A stretch of 64,000 nt of DNA from a virus. Shown one piece after another: positions 10,124 to 20,885 of the stretch. The position numbers and the translations under genes are program-made. The stretch is from IMG/VR virus record IMGVR_UViG_3300022074_000005. One strand, written 5' to 3'. Under the pieces are notes generated by a model, which saw nothing but the letters and a program-made list of their open reading frames with translations, searched no databases and was not told the DNA's origin. Each line of letters starts with the position of its first letter. Position 1 is the first letter of the stretch.

Positions 10124-13100
10124 TTAAGAACTCCTTATCTCAATAACCGAAGATTTTACAACTGCTCTACTTCCTAATTGTATTACTCTTAACGGTATAT
10201 CTTCTTTTAATATTTCTGGTCCACTAGAGAAACGTAAACTTGCATGTGGTATTTGACCCTCACTAGCAATTAAAGTAGAATCTTCTAATAATATATGATC
10301 TATTTGTGCAGCTGCATCATCAACATCTCTTTCTGATAATAATCTAAACCCTGCGTCTGTTCCGCTACTATCAGTTCCGTCTAATATTAGACTATCAGTT
10401 GATACATCTTGACTTGCATCTTCTAGTAAAAATGCGTCTGCAAAATTCTTTTGTGTTGTTTTTTCATATTGTGCTCTAGCACCTGGTACCATTGTACTAT
10501 CTTCTAATAATAAAAACTGTTTATTAGATGTGGTTGAGAAAGCCTCTGCAATGATAACACCATCCTCTTCTAAAATAAATCTTTCATCACCAGAACCTGT
10601 TTTTTCTGATATAATAAAATCATCTTGATCTGTTACTTGACCTGATAATTCTCCACTTGTTATTAAGTGTCCGTCTAATTTTATGAAACCATCTATCTCT
10701 AATTTGATACCATCAAAGTCAGGTGCCGATGCATTATTAATATCTGAACTTCCATTATCCAAACCTCTGTTAGATAATAATTCATCTGCAACTATACTGT
10801 CTTCAAATATTATAAAACCAGAATTATCTTCTAATTCTAAAGGTGACACAGCATCAAATTCTAATATTACTTTATTACTAAATCTTAAACCTTGTACATC
10901 TATTAAGTCACTTGGTTGTCCTAGTATAATTCTATCTGGTCTAACTATATCAACAATTCGTAAATCTTCAAAAGCAGATATTGGAATTGAGTCATTTGTT
11001 TTCTGTGAGTCTTCTAATATCATTTTATCAAAGACAGAGTGTACTGTAGCTGCGTTAAATGTAAATGATGAGTCTTCCATTTTTAATCTACTTGTATCAC
11101 CAATACCTGTTCCACTTTCTAATATTATATTATCGCCTGCATCCGTACCACTTACTGCTGTTGCATTTAACACTATAAAAGAAATCACTGGTATTGGGTC
11201 TACACCATCTAGTCTTAATACTTCAGTTTCAGAACCCTCTAATTGTATTCCCTCACTATCAGGAAACATACCACCATTACCTACTGCACCACTAACAGTT
11301 CTCATAAAGTTTTGTGAAGCTCTTGCTGTTGCTTTTGATTGAATATTTTTTTGGAATAGAGGTATAAAATTAGTTTGAGCTTTATCACTAGGTGCTAAAG
11401 AAGTTTCTGCCATTATTCTTCCACCTGCACCAAATTGATCTATTGTACCATCTTCAAATAAGAAAGCATCACCTGCATCTGTAGATGAACCAGCAGTTGA
11501 GTTAATTACAATTTTATCATCTCTATGACCTAATCTACTTGATACTTGTACAGCTTGAGAAGTTCTTCTAAACAATTCATCAAACAATGTTGTAAGTACA
11601 GAACCAAGAATAGGTGAGAACTCAGAACCACCAGATGCTGTAATTGCATTTGATAAAAATGATGCAATACTAACTTTACCAAAAGGTGCAAACCCAGATG
11701 GGTGTACTGCTCTTCTTAACTCGTTAATGTATGTAGCGATTGATTGGCCGACTTGAACTTCATAAGAAAATTGTTGATAGTAGTAAGAGTCTTGAACACG
11801 AATCAAGTCCTCGCCAATCAACGATTCAATGTTTACATACTTACCGTCTGTAATTTGTTTTACTCCAGCACTTACCGTACCAGTAGCAATATCTGCTAAT
11901 AAAACTGTACCCGATGCACTTGCAGTTGATATTGTAACAGCTGCATCCTCAGAAAAATCAATCTTCTCTTGTAGTATTAAACTATCGCCAGCATTATTTG
12001 TGCCATCTGTAGAGTTTAGTGTAATAAAGTCTGCAGCATCAACACCTGTTTCATCTAATATTTTTCCACCATCGTCACTAGCTTCTAGTGTAATTAAATT
12101 ACCAAAATCTTCGTTCTTTAATTGATTACCATCTTCATCTAATATAAATGCTGTGCCTGTATCAATTAATGTATCGATTAATATTTTACTTCCAGCATCC
12201 GTTACTAATCCCTCTTGAGATTGTTCAGTTATAAACACACCAGAGTTATCCTCTAATGCTATTGCTAGTAAAGGATTAGCACCATTAACAGGTTCTGCTA
12301 ATATTTTAAATATGTTTGCACTTGTACCATCTAGTAATAAATCTTCTTGATTATCCCTTACAAAACTTTGTGGTGTATTAGTTTCTATAACTCCACCCAT
12401 ACCAGAATGATTGACACAATAATAATAAAGTGTAGGTGCATTTGCAGCTATTGTTATTTGAATGTATGCACCAGTAGTACCTGTTTGAATTGTAATAGGG
12501 GACTCAGTTACACCAGTTGTATAAGCTGTACCATCTGCATGTGTGCCATTTGGTGTAGTAGAAAATCTTAATTGATGTCTGTTTGTAGCTAAACTATCTC
12601 CTAAAGAACTATCTGATAAATCAAAGTAGTAAGTATTACCTTCAACTAATTTTAAACTTTTTTGTCTCTCATTATTAATTTCAAATACATTTGCAGTATC
12701 ATCAGCATTTCTAACTTTTTTAACAACAACATTTATTAATCTTGTCGCTGGTGTAGCAATACTTGTACCATCTAATATAATATTATCATTTGGTGTACCA
12801 ACTATATCTTGAACTTCTTCCATAAGAACATTATGACCTGCAAGTCCTCTTGTATCTTCTTGCACAAAAGGTGCGTTAAAAGTAGTTGCTTGTTCATGTC
12901 TTATTTTTATAATGTCTTCTAAAGTAATATCTAATTGTTGAGTAGTAGGGTTCCAAGCTTTTACTTCACCTGTATGAGATGTAAGAGTTTCACCTGCAAC
13001 AAACGAACCTGTAATATTTTTTAATATGAAGTGAGCTCTGAAACGCATGTCTGGTAAATCGCTTGCGTCATAATCAAAACCAGAGTCATTTACTTTTAAT

Positions 13101-14974
13101 GATTCTATAGCACCAATGTCTTTTGTTAATGCTAAAACTTTTGCACCAGAACCACTAACAGTTTCAAAACTAATAGTAGGAATAGATTTGTAACCTTGAC
13201 CTTTATCATTTAAAAATATTTTATTAATAGATGATGCAGTAGAACTACCAAAAGTGCCAGGTTCTAAAAATATCTGATCGGTGTCATCACCAAAAGTATC
13301 TAAGGTTGTTTGAGTTTCATCTGTAATAATTCTATCATTTGCATTTGAACTAGATGAATCAGTACCATTCAAAACAATCTTATCGTTTTCTGTAACAGGG
13401 TAAGATACTTGAGTTTCAGAATTGTATTGTGTAGTAGGTGGATTAGCTAAACCATAGTTTCTTTCTGAACTTGGCATATAAAAAGTTTTGCCAGGAAACT
13501 CTATAAACTTAAATGGGTTAGAGCTATCAGTTCCACCAGCTGCAGCTGCAGTTAAGAACAATGGATAGTAGTAACCTTTTCGTCCACCACCAAGTTGTTG
13601 ATCACCACCAACTACAGTCTCACCAGTGGCAAGAATATAGTAAGGACCATTACCTGTTTCATTTGATTCTAATTGTATGTTAAATTCTTCAGAGCTTGAT
13701 GTAGTTCCAATCTCTTTTAATAAATTGCCTGATGTTGTATCTGTAGCTGTTTCTAATTCTACACCTCCACCAAGTATTGATATAATACCTTCAGCTGCAT
13801 TGATACCACCACCTGTAGAAAATATTGCTTTCTCACCAAGTCTATAACCAGTACCAACATCTTGTATGAAAGTATCTGATACTGAACCAGATTTTAAACT
13901 GTTAACTAATACATCTGCAAAACCATTTCCTTTATCGCTGTCAATAACTGTTGCTTCAGACTCAGAATGTAGAATACCATCATTGCTTAAGTTTGCTTTA
14001 TTAATAACTGTTTTTACAACAAACTCAATTTCTAAATCTACAGAGTTTGATATACAAGTTATAGTCTCACCAGTTTGAAAACTTGCACCTTGTGATTCAT
14101 TTTCTAAAGCAAATTCTATTACAGACGTTGTACCTTGTTGGAAAGTAGATGCTGATGCTACAACAGCAGTTGCACCTGAAGTTCCACCAGTAATAACTTG
14201 GTTAATAGCTTCTTGACCTGTAGCATTACCACTAGATGCAACTCTAATTAAAATTTGATTACGCCAATTACCATCTGATACTCGTAACATGTTTTCATTA
14301 GGATAAAATATTTCAGAGTTCTCATTTAATAATATTTTCATAAAGGTCTTATGACCTTCTTTAGTTCCTTTGGATGAATATAAGTCTTTAATATTTTTTA
14401 CTAATTTTCTTTTAGATACTTCACTTGCTAAACTATTTGGAATAGTTGCCATGAATGAATTTCTTACTTGATCAAAAAATTCAAATAAAGTATTATCTGT
14501 ATCTGCGTAATCTAAAAGTTGTTGAATGTTTTGGACAGGGTTTGCTTTGTAAGTAACAATCTTAGCTTCTGCACCAGAAGTTAATCCTTTGATTGTTTCT
14601 CCGATTTGAAATCTTTGGTTTGCAGTGGTATATAAAGAAACGTTTCTTACATCTTCTACAATTACTTTTGCCTCTGCACCAGACGTTTGACCTTTTACAG
14701 TTTCACCTGCTGTATATTCTGTACTATCTTCTAAAACTATTCTATCTACAGCTGCACCAAGTATTCCGTTTTCAGATAATAGATATTGTTTTGTTTCTGG
14801 TTCTAGAATTACATAGTTTGTAGTGAAGTCTAAAGTTATTTTTGCTGACTCTAGAAATGTAAAATAGTCTTCAACAAAATCTTTAAAAATAGTATGATCT
14901 GATCTTACGAAATCAGGTAACTGAGTTTCGATTTGTTGTGATACTTTGTTTATTAGTTTAGGGTCATTAGACAT
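10124..14974 (-). CDS. gp7: Baseplate wedge initiator gp7-like
   Basis: QLPDFVR, KNIKDLYSSKGT and QDSYYYQQFSY...VHPSGF motifs; lies between gp6 and gp8. Confidence 0.85.
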   Translation of the reverse strand: MSNDPKLINKVSQQIETQLPDFVRSDHTIFKDFVEDYFTFLESAKITLDFTTNYVILEPETKQYLLSENGILGAAVDRIVLEDSTEYTAGETVKGQTSGAEAKVIVEDVRNVSLYTTANQRFQIGETIKGLTSGAEAKIVTYKANPVQNIQQLLDYADTDNTLFEFFDQVRNSFMATIPNSLASEVSKRKLVKNIKDLYSSKGTKEGHKTFMKILLNENSEIFYPNENMLRVSDGNWRNQILIRVASSGNATGQEAINQVITGGTSGATAVVASASTFQQGTTSVIEFALENESQGASFQTGETITCISNSVDLEIEFVVKTVINKANLSNDGILHSESEATVIDSDKGNGFADVLVNSLKSGSVSDTFIQDVGTGYRLGEKAIFSTGGGINAAEGIISILGGGVELETATDTTSGNLLKEIGTTSSSEEFNIQLESNETGNGPYYILATGETVVGGDQQLGGGRKGYYYPLFLTAAAAGGTDSSNPFKFIEFPGKTFYMPSSERNYGLANPPTTQYNSETQVSYPVTENDKIVLNGTDSSSSNANDRIITDETQTTLDTFGDDTDQIFLEPGTFGSSTASSINKIFLNDKGQGYKSIPTISFETVSGSGAKVLALTKDIGAIESLKVNDSGFDYDASDLPDMRFRAHFILKNITGSFVAGETLTSHTGEVKAWNPTTQQLDITLEDIIKIRHEQATTFNAPFVQEDTRGLAGHNVLMEEVQDIVGTPNDNIILDGTSIATPATRLINVVVKKVRNADDTANVFEINNERQKSLKLVEGNTYYFDLSDSSLGDSLATNRHQLRFSTTPNGTHADGTAYTTGVTESPITIQTGTTGAYIQITIAANAPTLYYYCVNHSGMGGVIETNTPQSFVRDNQEDLLLDGTSANIFKILAEPVNGANPLLAIALEDNSGVFITEQSQEGLVTDAGSKILIDTLIDTGTAFILDEDGNQLKNEDFGNLITLEASDDGGKILDETGVDAADFITLNSTDGTNNAGDSLILQEKIDFSEDAAVTISTASASGTVLLADIATGTVSAGVKQITDGKYVNIESLIGEDLIRVQDSYYYQQFSYEVQVGQSIATYINELRRAVHPSGFAPFGKVSIASFLSNAITASGGSEFSPILGSVLTTLFDELFRRTSQAVQVSSRLGHRDDKIVINSTAGSSTDAGDAFLFEDGTIDQFGAGGRIMAETSLAPSDKAQTNFIPLFQKNIQSKATARASQNFMRTVSGAVGNGGMFPDSEGIQLEGSETEVLRLDGVDPIPVISFIVLNATAVSGTDAGDNIILESGTGIGDTSRLKMEDSSFTFNAATVHSVFDKMILEDSQKTNDSIPISAFEDLRIVDIVRPDRIILGQPSDLIDVQGLRFSNKVILEFDAVSPLELEDNSGFIIFEDSIVADELLSNRGLDNGSSDINNASAPDFDGIKLEIDGFIKLDGHLITSGELSGQVTDQDDFIISEKTGSGDERFILEEDGVIIAEAFSTTSNKQFLLLEDSTMVPGARAQYEKTTQKNFADAFLLEDASQDVSTDSLILDGTDSSGTDAGFRLLSERDVDDAAAQIDHILLEDSTLIASEGQIPHASLRFSSGPEILKEDIPLRVIQLGSRAVVKSSVIEIRSS

Positions 14975-14985
14975 AGCATCTCATT

Positions 14986-16968
14986 CTAGTACGAACTTCC
15001 TGAGCTTCCACTTGAGCCAGATGAACTAGATGAGCTTGATGTCGATGTAGTTGTGCTACCTGTGGTCGTGGTTGTAGTAGTAGTAGAAGTACCAGACCCA
15101 GACACACTATATGATGTACCAGAGGTAGACGCACTATCAACTTGAGCTGTAATAGTAGTGTTCGCAAAATCTATTTCAAGTAATTGATTTCTTACAGGCA
15201 CAATATCATTTGATGCTGGTGTCATAATTAATCTAATTGCAGTCGATGTAGAACCATCAACGTTTGATATTGCAGTAAAATTAATATTGTTAATTGTAAT
15301 ATAACCAGAAGTATAATCTATAGTTCCAGCTTCATTATCAAAGTAAGAACGTGTTGTACCAATCAAAGCATATCTTCTTAAATTACCAGAACCATCATCG
15401 TCAAAAAAGAATTCTGTTTCTGTATCCGTACCAACTTTAAAACCAGAGGAAGATAGCACACCACCAGTTGCTTTTAGATAACCATCCTCTGGGTGAAACA
15501 TTGCATTGTTAAACGCAACGTTATAAGATTTTGTTGTGCCTTGTTCTGGTGTAAAATCTTTAGATAGTTTTACAGATGTTGTGTTATTTAAAATAGCTGT
15601 GTCTGACTCATCAATTAATTTAGAAACTGCTGATGCTCTATATTGTCCATTGAAAGTTTGTAGAGTACTAGAGTTATAATCTGTTAATGTTGTATTTACA
15701 AGAGTTACTAATTCTGAACTTAATTTTGTAGTTGCTGATGAATCGTAATTAAATATTACATTCAATCTTAACTTTGTAGTCTCTGGGTCAACAACAACAG
15801 GTGTGATTGATGCAACAGTAAAAGGTGCTAAGTCAGTAATCAATTGAGATTTTTGAGAAGACGTTAAGTTTGCACCAGTTGTAGATTTTACAGAGATAAA
15901 CACTTTACCATACTCAGGTGTTGATGTTACACCAGTTGAAGAGTTGTAAGAACCAAGCTCTCCACCAAATACTGAAACTGCTTGTGTTTGTGGGAATAAT
16001 CTTTTTACATAAACCTCATAGTCACCAGTGGTTACACATCTACCTTGCGATGCATAATCTAAAGGTGCATTTAATTTTATTGATTGAATAGTTTCTGGTT
16101 CTGCTCCACCAGTTGCTCTTTCAACAGTTGTCAAAGTAATATCAGTTACGCCATCGATACTTGCAGGTGGTGTAAATATGAAAGCACCATTTGCATCTGA
16201 CTTATTAGTTACAACGTATTTTAGTATAACGATGTTACCATCATCAACAGCTTTAGAAACAACACCATCACCAAAGTAAACTTCATGTCTTCCGTTTTCT
16301 ATTTCTTGTAAGAAGTAAACAGTAGAGTCAGTAGCAAGTTGAGTTATGTCTGTTGCTTTTGTGTAAGTTGTTGTAGTAGAATCTGAGGCAGAGTTTTGAA
16401 CTTGCACGGTTAGTGTAGAAGTATCTGCTCTGTTATCTCTTAATATAAATCTTTGTTCTAGGTCTGTAGTGTTTACAGTATATCTTGTAGTGACATAAGT
16501 ACCTTCATAAACTTTTTGTGCATCAAAGTTTACAGAGTTTCCAAACTTGGCACCTGTAACATCAGCAATAGTAACAAACTGATAACTAATACCATCAAGT
16601 GTAGTAGTAAACGCTGTTCCAGCATTCATTGTCTTTGAAGTAGAATCTGTTTTAAGTGAAATGTTTATTGTCGCCATTGGAGCTGTGGCTGATCTAACTT
16701 CATATCCTAAAGTTTTTGCATGTGATACAGCTGACGATCTTAATGATGCTGTATCTAAAAACATTTCATTTGCTAACATGTTAGCATTGAAACCTAGATA
16801 GTGTGTATTGTAAGCTAATGTATCTAATAGAACATCGATACCTGAACCATCAAAGTCATAATCTTTAAACTCTTCTTGAGCTTTTAAATATATTTTTAAA
16901 TTTGATTTGATTGCGTCAAAATCTAATTCTGTTACTCTTAAATTTCTTTTCTTTATAGTCGTTGCCAT
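14986..16968 (-). CDS. gp6: Baseplate wedge subunit gp6
   Basis: ELDFDAIK.NLK..L...EFKDYDFDGSG..VLLDTLAYNTHY; Q.RCVT..DY; PEYGKVFI. Confidence 0.95.
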   Translation of the reverse strand: MATTIKKRNLRVTELDFDAIKSNLKIYLKAQEEFKDYDFDGSGIDVLLDTLAYNTHYLGFNANMLANEMFLDTASLRSSAVSHAKTLGYEVRSATAPMATINISLKTDSTSKTMNAGTAFTTTLDGISYQFVTIADVTGAKFGNSVNFDAQKVYEGTYVTTRYTVNTTDLEQRFILRDNRADTSTLTVQVQNSASDSTTTTYTKATDITQLATDSTVYFLQEIENGRHEVYFGDGVVSKAVDDGNIVILKYVVTNKSDANGAFIFTPPASIDGVTDITLTTVERATGGAEPETIQSIKLNAPLDYASQGRCVTTGDYEVYVKRLFPQTQAVSVFGGELGSYNSSTGVTSTPEYGKVFISVKSTTGANLTSSQKSQLITDLAPFTVASITPVVVDPETTKLRLNVIFNYDSSATTKLSSELVTLVNTTLTDYNSSTLQTFNGQYRASAVSKLIDESDTAILNNTTSVKLSKDFTPEQGTTKSYNVAFNNAMFHPEDGYLKATGGVLSSSGFKVGTDTETEFFFDDDGSGNLRRYALIGTTRSYFDNEAGTIDYTSGYITINNINFTAISNVDGSTSTAIRLIMTPASNDIVPVRNQLLEIDFANTTITAQVDSASTSGTSYSVSGSGTSTTTTTTTTGSTTTSTSSSSSSSGSSGSSGSSY

Positions 16969-17414
16969 TATCGTATTCTTTCTAACATAATTGATAAATC
17001 AACTAATTCAGTAGGTGCATTAACAACATAAAAAGATATACTAATTTCATAAGCATTGTTATCCATATTAGGTATTGCTCTAACTGAAACTAATCTTGCT
17101 CTTGGTTCAAAGTTATTAATTACATCTTCAACTTTTCTTGCAATAATATTAGCCACAATAGGAGTCATGTTTTCAAACAACATGTCTCTCACCCCACCAT
17201 GTATTTCAGGGTGGAATGGTTTTTCATATTCGTTAAGTAGTACTAGATTTCTGATTGAACGTTTAACGGCTTGTATATCTTCGACTCTACCAACATCTGA
17301 GTCTGTGCCCTTTTTTTTAAAGAATAAATCTAAGTCTCTATATATTCTTGTAGATTTATTACTAGAATTTATTGATTGAGAGTCATATCCCAATCTACCT
17401 GGTCTTGATGCCAT
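16968..17414 (-). CDS. gp25: Baseplate wedge subunit gp25
   Basis: YRDLDL, AVKRSIRNL, EKPFHPEI and NNFEPR motifs. Confidence 0.95.
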   Translation of the reverse strand: MASRPGRLGYDSQSINSSNKSTRIYRDLDLFFKKKGTDSDVGRVEDIQAVKRSIRNLVLLNEYEKPFHPEIHGGVRDMLFENMTPIVANIIARKVEDVINNFEPRARLVSVRAIPNMDNNAYEISISFYVVNAPTELVDLSIMLERIR

Positions 17415-17439
17415 CGAAAAAATCTCCTACTACTTTTAT

Positions 17440-17447
17440 TATTTATA
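17440..17447 (-). promoter_or_regulatory. T4-type late promoter TATAAATA
   Basis: Exact consensus upstream of gp25. Confidence 0.75.
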
Positions 17448-17462
17448 CAAAAAGTCTAGAGA

Positions 17463-18533
17463 TTAATCGCCAATGATTACAGTTGTTGATGCGCTTTCTA
17501 TTTTGTTTGAACCATCAGAACCTGATATACCTGCAGGGTCATCGCCTGTATCAACTTGATCGTCTAGACGAGCTGCACCTTTAGTTCCGCTATTGAGATT
17601 AATTGTTTTTGCGTCAATTGTACTATCGCCTGTTACATTTTGATCGTAAGTTCCTTTAATGTTTTCTATAACGTTACCATCAACTTGTATATTCCAATCA
17701 CCCTTGACGTAAGTATTACAGTTTGCGTCAATAGTAAGATTGACATCACCTTTGACATTAACAAATTCTTTACCAGCGACTATTTGATAATTGTCACCAA
17801 CTATTCTAGTAACTTTATTTCCGTCCTTATCTATTTCATAGAACGTACCTGACTTATGATATTCATGAATTCTTTCTGCATCTGTTGTATCGTCATATTC
17901 TTTTATGTGACCAGATGAAGTTTCTATTACATTGTTGTCAGGGTATACAGCTGCGTAAGTAGATGCTGGTTCATCAAAAGTTTCATCGGAATTAGCGATT
18001 GGTATTGTTTTGCTTCGGCCTTCTTCTTTAGTTGTTAGTACTGTATGCGATAAATCTGTTTCATTCTTCGCAAGTCTATTAACATCACTCTCAATAAATT
18101 GTGTTTCTGTAGTATAATCATTATTATCTTTATCAGTACCATGACCAGAGTTAGAATTTTTTTGTTCGGGGTATACGTCATTAGGGTCAGAGAAACCAAA
18201 ACGTTTGTCTTTGTAAGAGGGTTTACCTTTGAGAGTTCCCATGACAATAGGATTTTGCATCTCAGCTGCATCCATATAGAAACCAACTACCCAAGTTCCG
18301 TTTACTATTTTAGAAAACTTACCGATACCTTGCATCGATGTGTCATTTGTTGGCGACATAACAGACGCCCACGGTAAACTATCCGTTGGTATATCTGTTA
18401 AATCTTTTGTATGGAAACCATATGATCTTACTTTGACTCTTCCTAGTTTATCAGGGTCGTTATTATCTTCTACAACTCCAACAAACCATTTAAAGCCATC
18501 TAGACCCATATAGTGCTGAGGATTTTTTGCCAT
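17463..18533 (-). CDS. gp5: Baseplate hub / tail spike gp5, lacking the lysozyme domain
   Basis: WFVGVVED..DP..LGRVKVR OB-fold; YP.N.V.ET.SGH..EYDDT; VxGD beta-helix repeats; variant late promoter ACTAAATA upstream. Confidence 0.9.
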   Translation of the reverse strand: MAKNPQHYMGLDGFKWFVGVVEDNNDPDKLGRVKVRSYGFHTKDLTDIPTDSLPWASVMSPTNDTSMQGIGKFSKIVNGTWVVGFYMDAAEMQNPIVMGTLKGKPSYKDKRFGFSDPNDVYPEQKNSNSGHGTDKDNNDYTTETQFIESDVNRLAKNETDLSHTVLTTKEEGRSKTIPIANSDETFDEPASTYAAVYPDNNVIETSSGHIKEYDDTTDAERIHEYHKSGTFYEIDKDGNKVTRIVGDNYQIVAGKEFVNVKGDVNLTIDANCNTYVKGDWNIQVDGNVIENIKGTYDQNVTGDSTIDAKTINLNSGTKGAARLDDQVDTGDDPAGISGSDGSNKIESASTTVIIGD

Positions 18534-18647
18534 GTGATTATTTAGTACGCAATCACATAATATTTTATTCCAAGTTGTTTAACAATGTCAAGGATATCTA
18601 ATAGTTCATCTGCTTTAAAATCATGAACCATATACTTTGAGGGGGAT

Positions 18648-19127
18648 TTATATAGTACTATTCTCATGTTGACGCCATGACTTTCTCATTTCGATGTAAG
18701 TTTCATCTTGAGTTACTAAATCTCTATACTTTTTAAAGACACGAGCGGCTTTTGCTTTCTCATTTGTTGCCCAATCCTTTGCTTGTGGTAGTGGTCTAAA
18801 CTTTTCATCGTGAGTTTGTACATACTTTCGACCATCTTTATGGTTCGCATAACGCCTCGCTCGGGTAAAACCCATCTCTAAAAACTTTCTACACATATCC
18901 ATACCAACAAAATCATGTATTTTTTTGTAATCAACATACATCTCGTAAATAGTTTTGGCTGATTTTTTTGCAATCGCCACGGTTTTAAATCGCCAATGTT
19001 GACATATGTTCTCTGTATAAGGACGAACCAGTAATACTCCTTGTTCACCACGACCAATACGATAACGAGTATCATTTGGTCTAAACATTGTGTGCTTGTA
19101 GTCTATGTTATAGTCAAATTCTTTCAT
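18648..19127 (-). CDS. DUF4385-like protein
   Basis: YRIGRGEQGVLLVRPY, HWRFKT and DM.RKFLEMGFTRARRYANH motifs. Confidence 0.8.
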   Translation of the reverse strand: MKEFDYNIDYKHTMFRPNDTRYRIGRGEQGVLLVRPYTENICQHWRFKTVAIAKKSAKTIYEMYVDYKKIHDFVGMDMCRKFLEMGFTRARRYANHKDGRKYVQTHDEKFRPLPQAKDWATNEKAKAARVFKKYRDLVTQDETYIEMRKSWRQHENSTI

Positions 19128-19750
19128 CGTATATGCTTTTGTCCAAAATAATTATTAATTTCTGTTTCTTTTGTCGTTTCCCAACTATGAAATAGATTTC
19201 CAGCGACCATAATTCTTTCAATATTGTCTTCAATTGTTGCTACTTCGTGTTGTACATGACCAGGAAATACAATAAGATCACCTTTTTTAGGATATATTTT
19301 CTTGTTAGCAGTAGGAAAAAGTAAAGGACTCGTGTCACAATCTGTCAAATAATAACCAAATGCGTAAGTGTACGGCCAATGACTATGACGTTTGGTATGT
19401 TTTCCTTTATTGTAAACAATACCCCAGCTCTCTCCAATAAACATATTGGGTTTAAACATATTCGCAGAGATTTTTTTCGCTACACGACAAGCAATATTTC
19501 CAATGTGTGCAAAACTCTCAAAGTTTTTGTGCATATTCCAATCTGTCATGTAGGATTTAACGTTAGATGTAAAAGTAACACCAACGTTTTCACGTGTGGT
19601 TAATTCTAAATCGATATGTGCATTAACAGTTTGACCTGTGTGTCTTTTGATTTCTTTGGATTCAACTTCGGATAAAACGTTTGTATGAGAAAAAGGATAG
19701 GTCTCGGTTACTTCTATGTTATTTTTATGATTGAAGTCTGATAGTTTCAT
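19124..19750 (-). CDS. 2OG-Fe(II) oxygenase-like protein (HxH type)
   Basis: HSH...LIVFPGHVQHEV...RIMVAGN; paralog of 36910..37521. Confidence 0.7.
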   Translation of the reverse strand: MKLSDFNHKNNIEVTETYPFSHTNVLSEVESKEIKRHTGQTVNAHIDLELTTRENVGVTFTSNVKSYMTDWNMHKNFESFAHIGNIACRVAKKISANMFKPNMFIGESWGIVYNKGKHTKRHSHWPYTYAFGYYLTDCDTSPLLFPTANKKIYPKKGDLIVFPGHVQHEVATIEDNIERIMVAGNLFHSWETTKETEINNYFGQKHIR

Positions 19751-19766
19751 CCGCCGCCCTTAAACT

Positions 19767-20099
19767 TTATTGGTATCCACCCGAGGTTGAAAGATCGCTC
19801 TGCTCGAACCCCTTGTCCGTAACCACATAACTGACATTATTTAGTTTGAATATGTCACCCATCTGCGTACTTCTGGCGTGTGGAACTTTACAATCTACAT
19901 ATTTGTTTTGATACCATGCATCACTAATACTTTGTGATAACATATACGCTTTGTCTAACGCATCTTTTGTATTCAGTTTGTCCGACACATATATGTCAGC
20001 AACATGTTTCATATGATAACCATAGAGATCATCAAAGACATGATGTACCTCGACTTTATAGTTTTTGTTTAAAAGGGTTAAATTGTTGAGTAGACCCAT
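19767..20099 (-). CDS. Hypothetical protein
   Basis: 110 aa ORF with an RST.MGD motif. Confidence 0.55.
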   Translation of the reverse strand: MGLLNNLTLLNKNYKVEVHHVFDDLYGYHMKHVADIYVSDKLNTKDALDKAYMLSQSISDAWYQNKYVDCKVPHARSTQMGDIFKLNNVSYVVTDKGFEQSDLSTSGGYQ

Positions 20100-20241
20100 A
20101 ATATTTTTTCCATAGTATATTGCATATTAAGTAAAAAGGATATAGAAGAGGTACACGTTTAACATGTTTTCCTCTTACAATTAACATTGTCCATATCCAA
20201 GAACCTTGAATATGACTAAAACCTATACATCCTTTTAACAT
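20056..20241 (-). CDS. Small hypothetical early protein
   Basis: AGAGAGG RBS 6 nt before the ATG. Confidence 0.45.
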   Translation of the reverse strand: MLKGCIGFSHIQGSWIWTMLIVRGKHVKRVPLLYPFYLICNILWKKYYGSTQQFNPFKQKL

Positions 20242-20434
20242 AATATCCTCTCTTGTATATTCATTGACACCGTGTCAAATTACATAAGGGCATCGAAGAG
20301 TAGGCCCAGACACGGCGAACATCGCTTTAGTGCATACACATAGGGGTAACTACGATGCTTTAGAGAACCCCGCTGTTTGCGTGTGTATTCATTGTTATGT
20401 CATTTTAGTTGATTCCTCTCTCATTCATATGATA

Positions 20435-20463
20435 ATACTATCATACGCAGACGTATTTGTCAA
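20435..20463 (-). promoter_or_regulatory. sigma70-type early promoter
   Basis: TTGACA-17 bp-TAGTAT. Confidence 0.7.
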
Positions 20464-20779
20464 GGCATTTAAGTGTTTGAAAAGACACCAGTTTTAGGGG
20501 GGTGGGGGTGAGAACAAAGAAAGAACATTGATATATTCTAGAAACTATATATTGCATTTATAGATTACCTCTGACCTAGTATATAAGGCGAAAGGGGGCC
20601 TCTGAGTAAACTATGAGGATTGCCGAGACCTCTACTTCCACCCCACACCTCTACGAGGAACTTTCAGACAGAACATCCTACGTGGGCCACAACATCCTTA
20701 AAGAAGTCTCGGCGCATACTCGGTGTTTCTCATATCTACATTATACAATGGATTTCATTTCACTACCGAGTATTCTTTC

Positions 20780-20808
20780 ATAATACATCATTTGGGGGTA
20801 ATTGTCAA
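20780..20808 (-). promoter_or_regulatory. sigma70-type early promoter
   Basis: TTGACA-17 bp-TATTAT. Confidence 0.7.
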
Positions 20809-20885
20809 GGGTTATTCTGAGATACTTTGAGAATACTATGAGAATGCTTAGAGCTAATATACTATACCCAGCACCCTCATAGGGT

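Noticed and set aside
639-18377. Plus-strand ORFs (e.g. 10683..11342, 6113..6442) antisense to structural genes
   Set aside because: Shadow frames of well-supported minus-strand genes with no recognisable motifs; the same applies to antisense ORFs elsewhere in the window
20264-20278. Palindrome TTGACAC-C-GTGTCAA as a bidirectional promoter
   Set aside because: No properly spaced -10 on the minus strand and only a weak one on the plus strand; a single occurrence is too little to call
20395-20421. Minigene ATG ACA TAA behind AGAGAGG
   Set aside because: SD spacing of 11 nt is long and chance occurrence cannot be excluded; the shared leader GAATCAACTAA (also 27028-27038) is noted but unexplained
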